The position numbers were made by a program, and so were the translations under genes. A DNA stretch of 64,000 nucleotides from Heterodontus francisci. Lineage: Eukaryota. A model generated the notes under the pieces. That model had not been told where the DNA came from. It did not search any database and saw only the letters and a program-made list of their open reading frames with translations. The stretch spans positions 6,386,001 to 6,450,000 of the forward strand of contig NC_090404.1 in assembly GCF_036365525.1 (NCBI RefSeq), given 5' to 3'. Of this stretch, positions 63,079-64,000 are shown one piece after another (the first letter of the stretch is position 1; every line of letters starts with the position of its first letter).

Positions 63079-63239
63079 TCAGCGGCTATTTACCGCTGCT
63101 TCGAGTCTGGATGGTAACAGTTAACCGGCCTTTGGTGAGTTGTTATCGGAGTGCCGACGCAACCGTTTCTGTCTCTTTACCAATAATCTGTAGCACAAAC
63201 ACTTCACAACGAATCTCAAATGGGAATATCGACCCACAA

Positions 63240-64000
63240 AATCACAGAATCGCAGAATCGTTTCAGTACAGAAGAAGGCCATTCGGGCCACCGGCTGTCC
63301 GAATGAGCAATACATCTAATGCCATTTCCCAGCCTTCTACACGTAAGCCTGCACATTCCTCCTTTTCAGACAACTATCTAATTCCCTTTTGAATGCTTCA
63401 ATCGAACCTGCCTCCACCAAACTATCAGGCAATGCATTCCAGATCCTAACCACATGCTGTGAATAAGTTTTTCCTCATGTCGCCATTGCTTCTTTTGCCA
63501 ATTATAGATCACAAGAACACACAAGAAATAGGAGCAGAAGTAGACCATATGGCCCATTGAGCCTGCTCCGCCATTCAATATGATCACGGCTGATCTTGGG
63601 CTTCAATTCACTTTTCTGTTCCTTCCCCATATCCCTTGATTCCCTGCGAGACCAAAATCTATCTATCTATCCCAGCCTTAAATGTATTCAATGATGGAGC
63701 ATCCACAACCCTCTGGGGTAGAGAATTCCAAAGATTCACAACCCTTTGAATGAAGTAATTTCTCCTCATCTCAGTCCTGAATGATTGGCCCCTTATCCTG
63801 AGACTATGTCCCCGTGTTTTAGATTCCCTGACCAGTGGGAACAATCAGCTTCTACCCTATCCAGCCCTTTCAGAATCTTGTATGTCTCAATTAGATCGCC
63901 TCTCATTCTTCTAAACTTCAGAGAATATAGGCCCAATTTACTCAGCATCTCATCATAGAACAAACCCCTCATCCCAGGGACCAATTTCGTAAATCTTCGA
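63240..64000 (-). mobile_element. CR1 3' fragments
   Basis: LGLYSLKFRRMRGDLIETYKIL, RVVNLWNSLPQ. Confidence 0.85.

Overview
Cartilaginous-fish (shark) genomic DNA. The constant-region translation closely matches the horn shark (Heterodontus) IgM sequence as I recall it; the species is not verified. The window has three parts. (1) 9.2-23.3 kb: a complete, open IgM heavy-chain cluster on the + strand (leader, V(D)J, CH1-CH4, secretory tail, TM1, TM2). Its V, D and J are already fused in frame with no RSSs left, i.e. a germline-joined, RAG-independent antibody gene, and it carries odd substitutions in CDR1, the tailpiece and the transmembrane motif. (2) About 36.2-46.3 kb: a diverged 'ghost' copy of the same cluster that keeps the 5' flank, part of the J-C intron and the 3' flank but has lost every coding exon. 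(3) 51.4-63.1 kb: an array of T-cell-receptor alpha/delta-type V segments in both orientations, three open and about five pseudogenes. They have 23-bp-spacer RSSs and CTCF-like motifs, and one otherwise intact V lacks both the first canonical Cys and the core Trp. The rest is mostly CR1-type LINEs, an RTE LINE, HE1-type and Deu-domain SINEs, a Gypsy/Gmr1-like relic, a hAT-type MITE, Penelope-like foldbacks, satellites and one assembly gap. All coordinates and alignments were read by eye.
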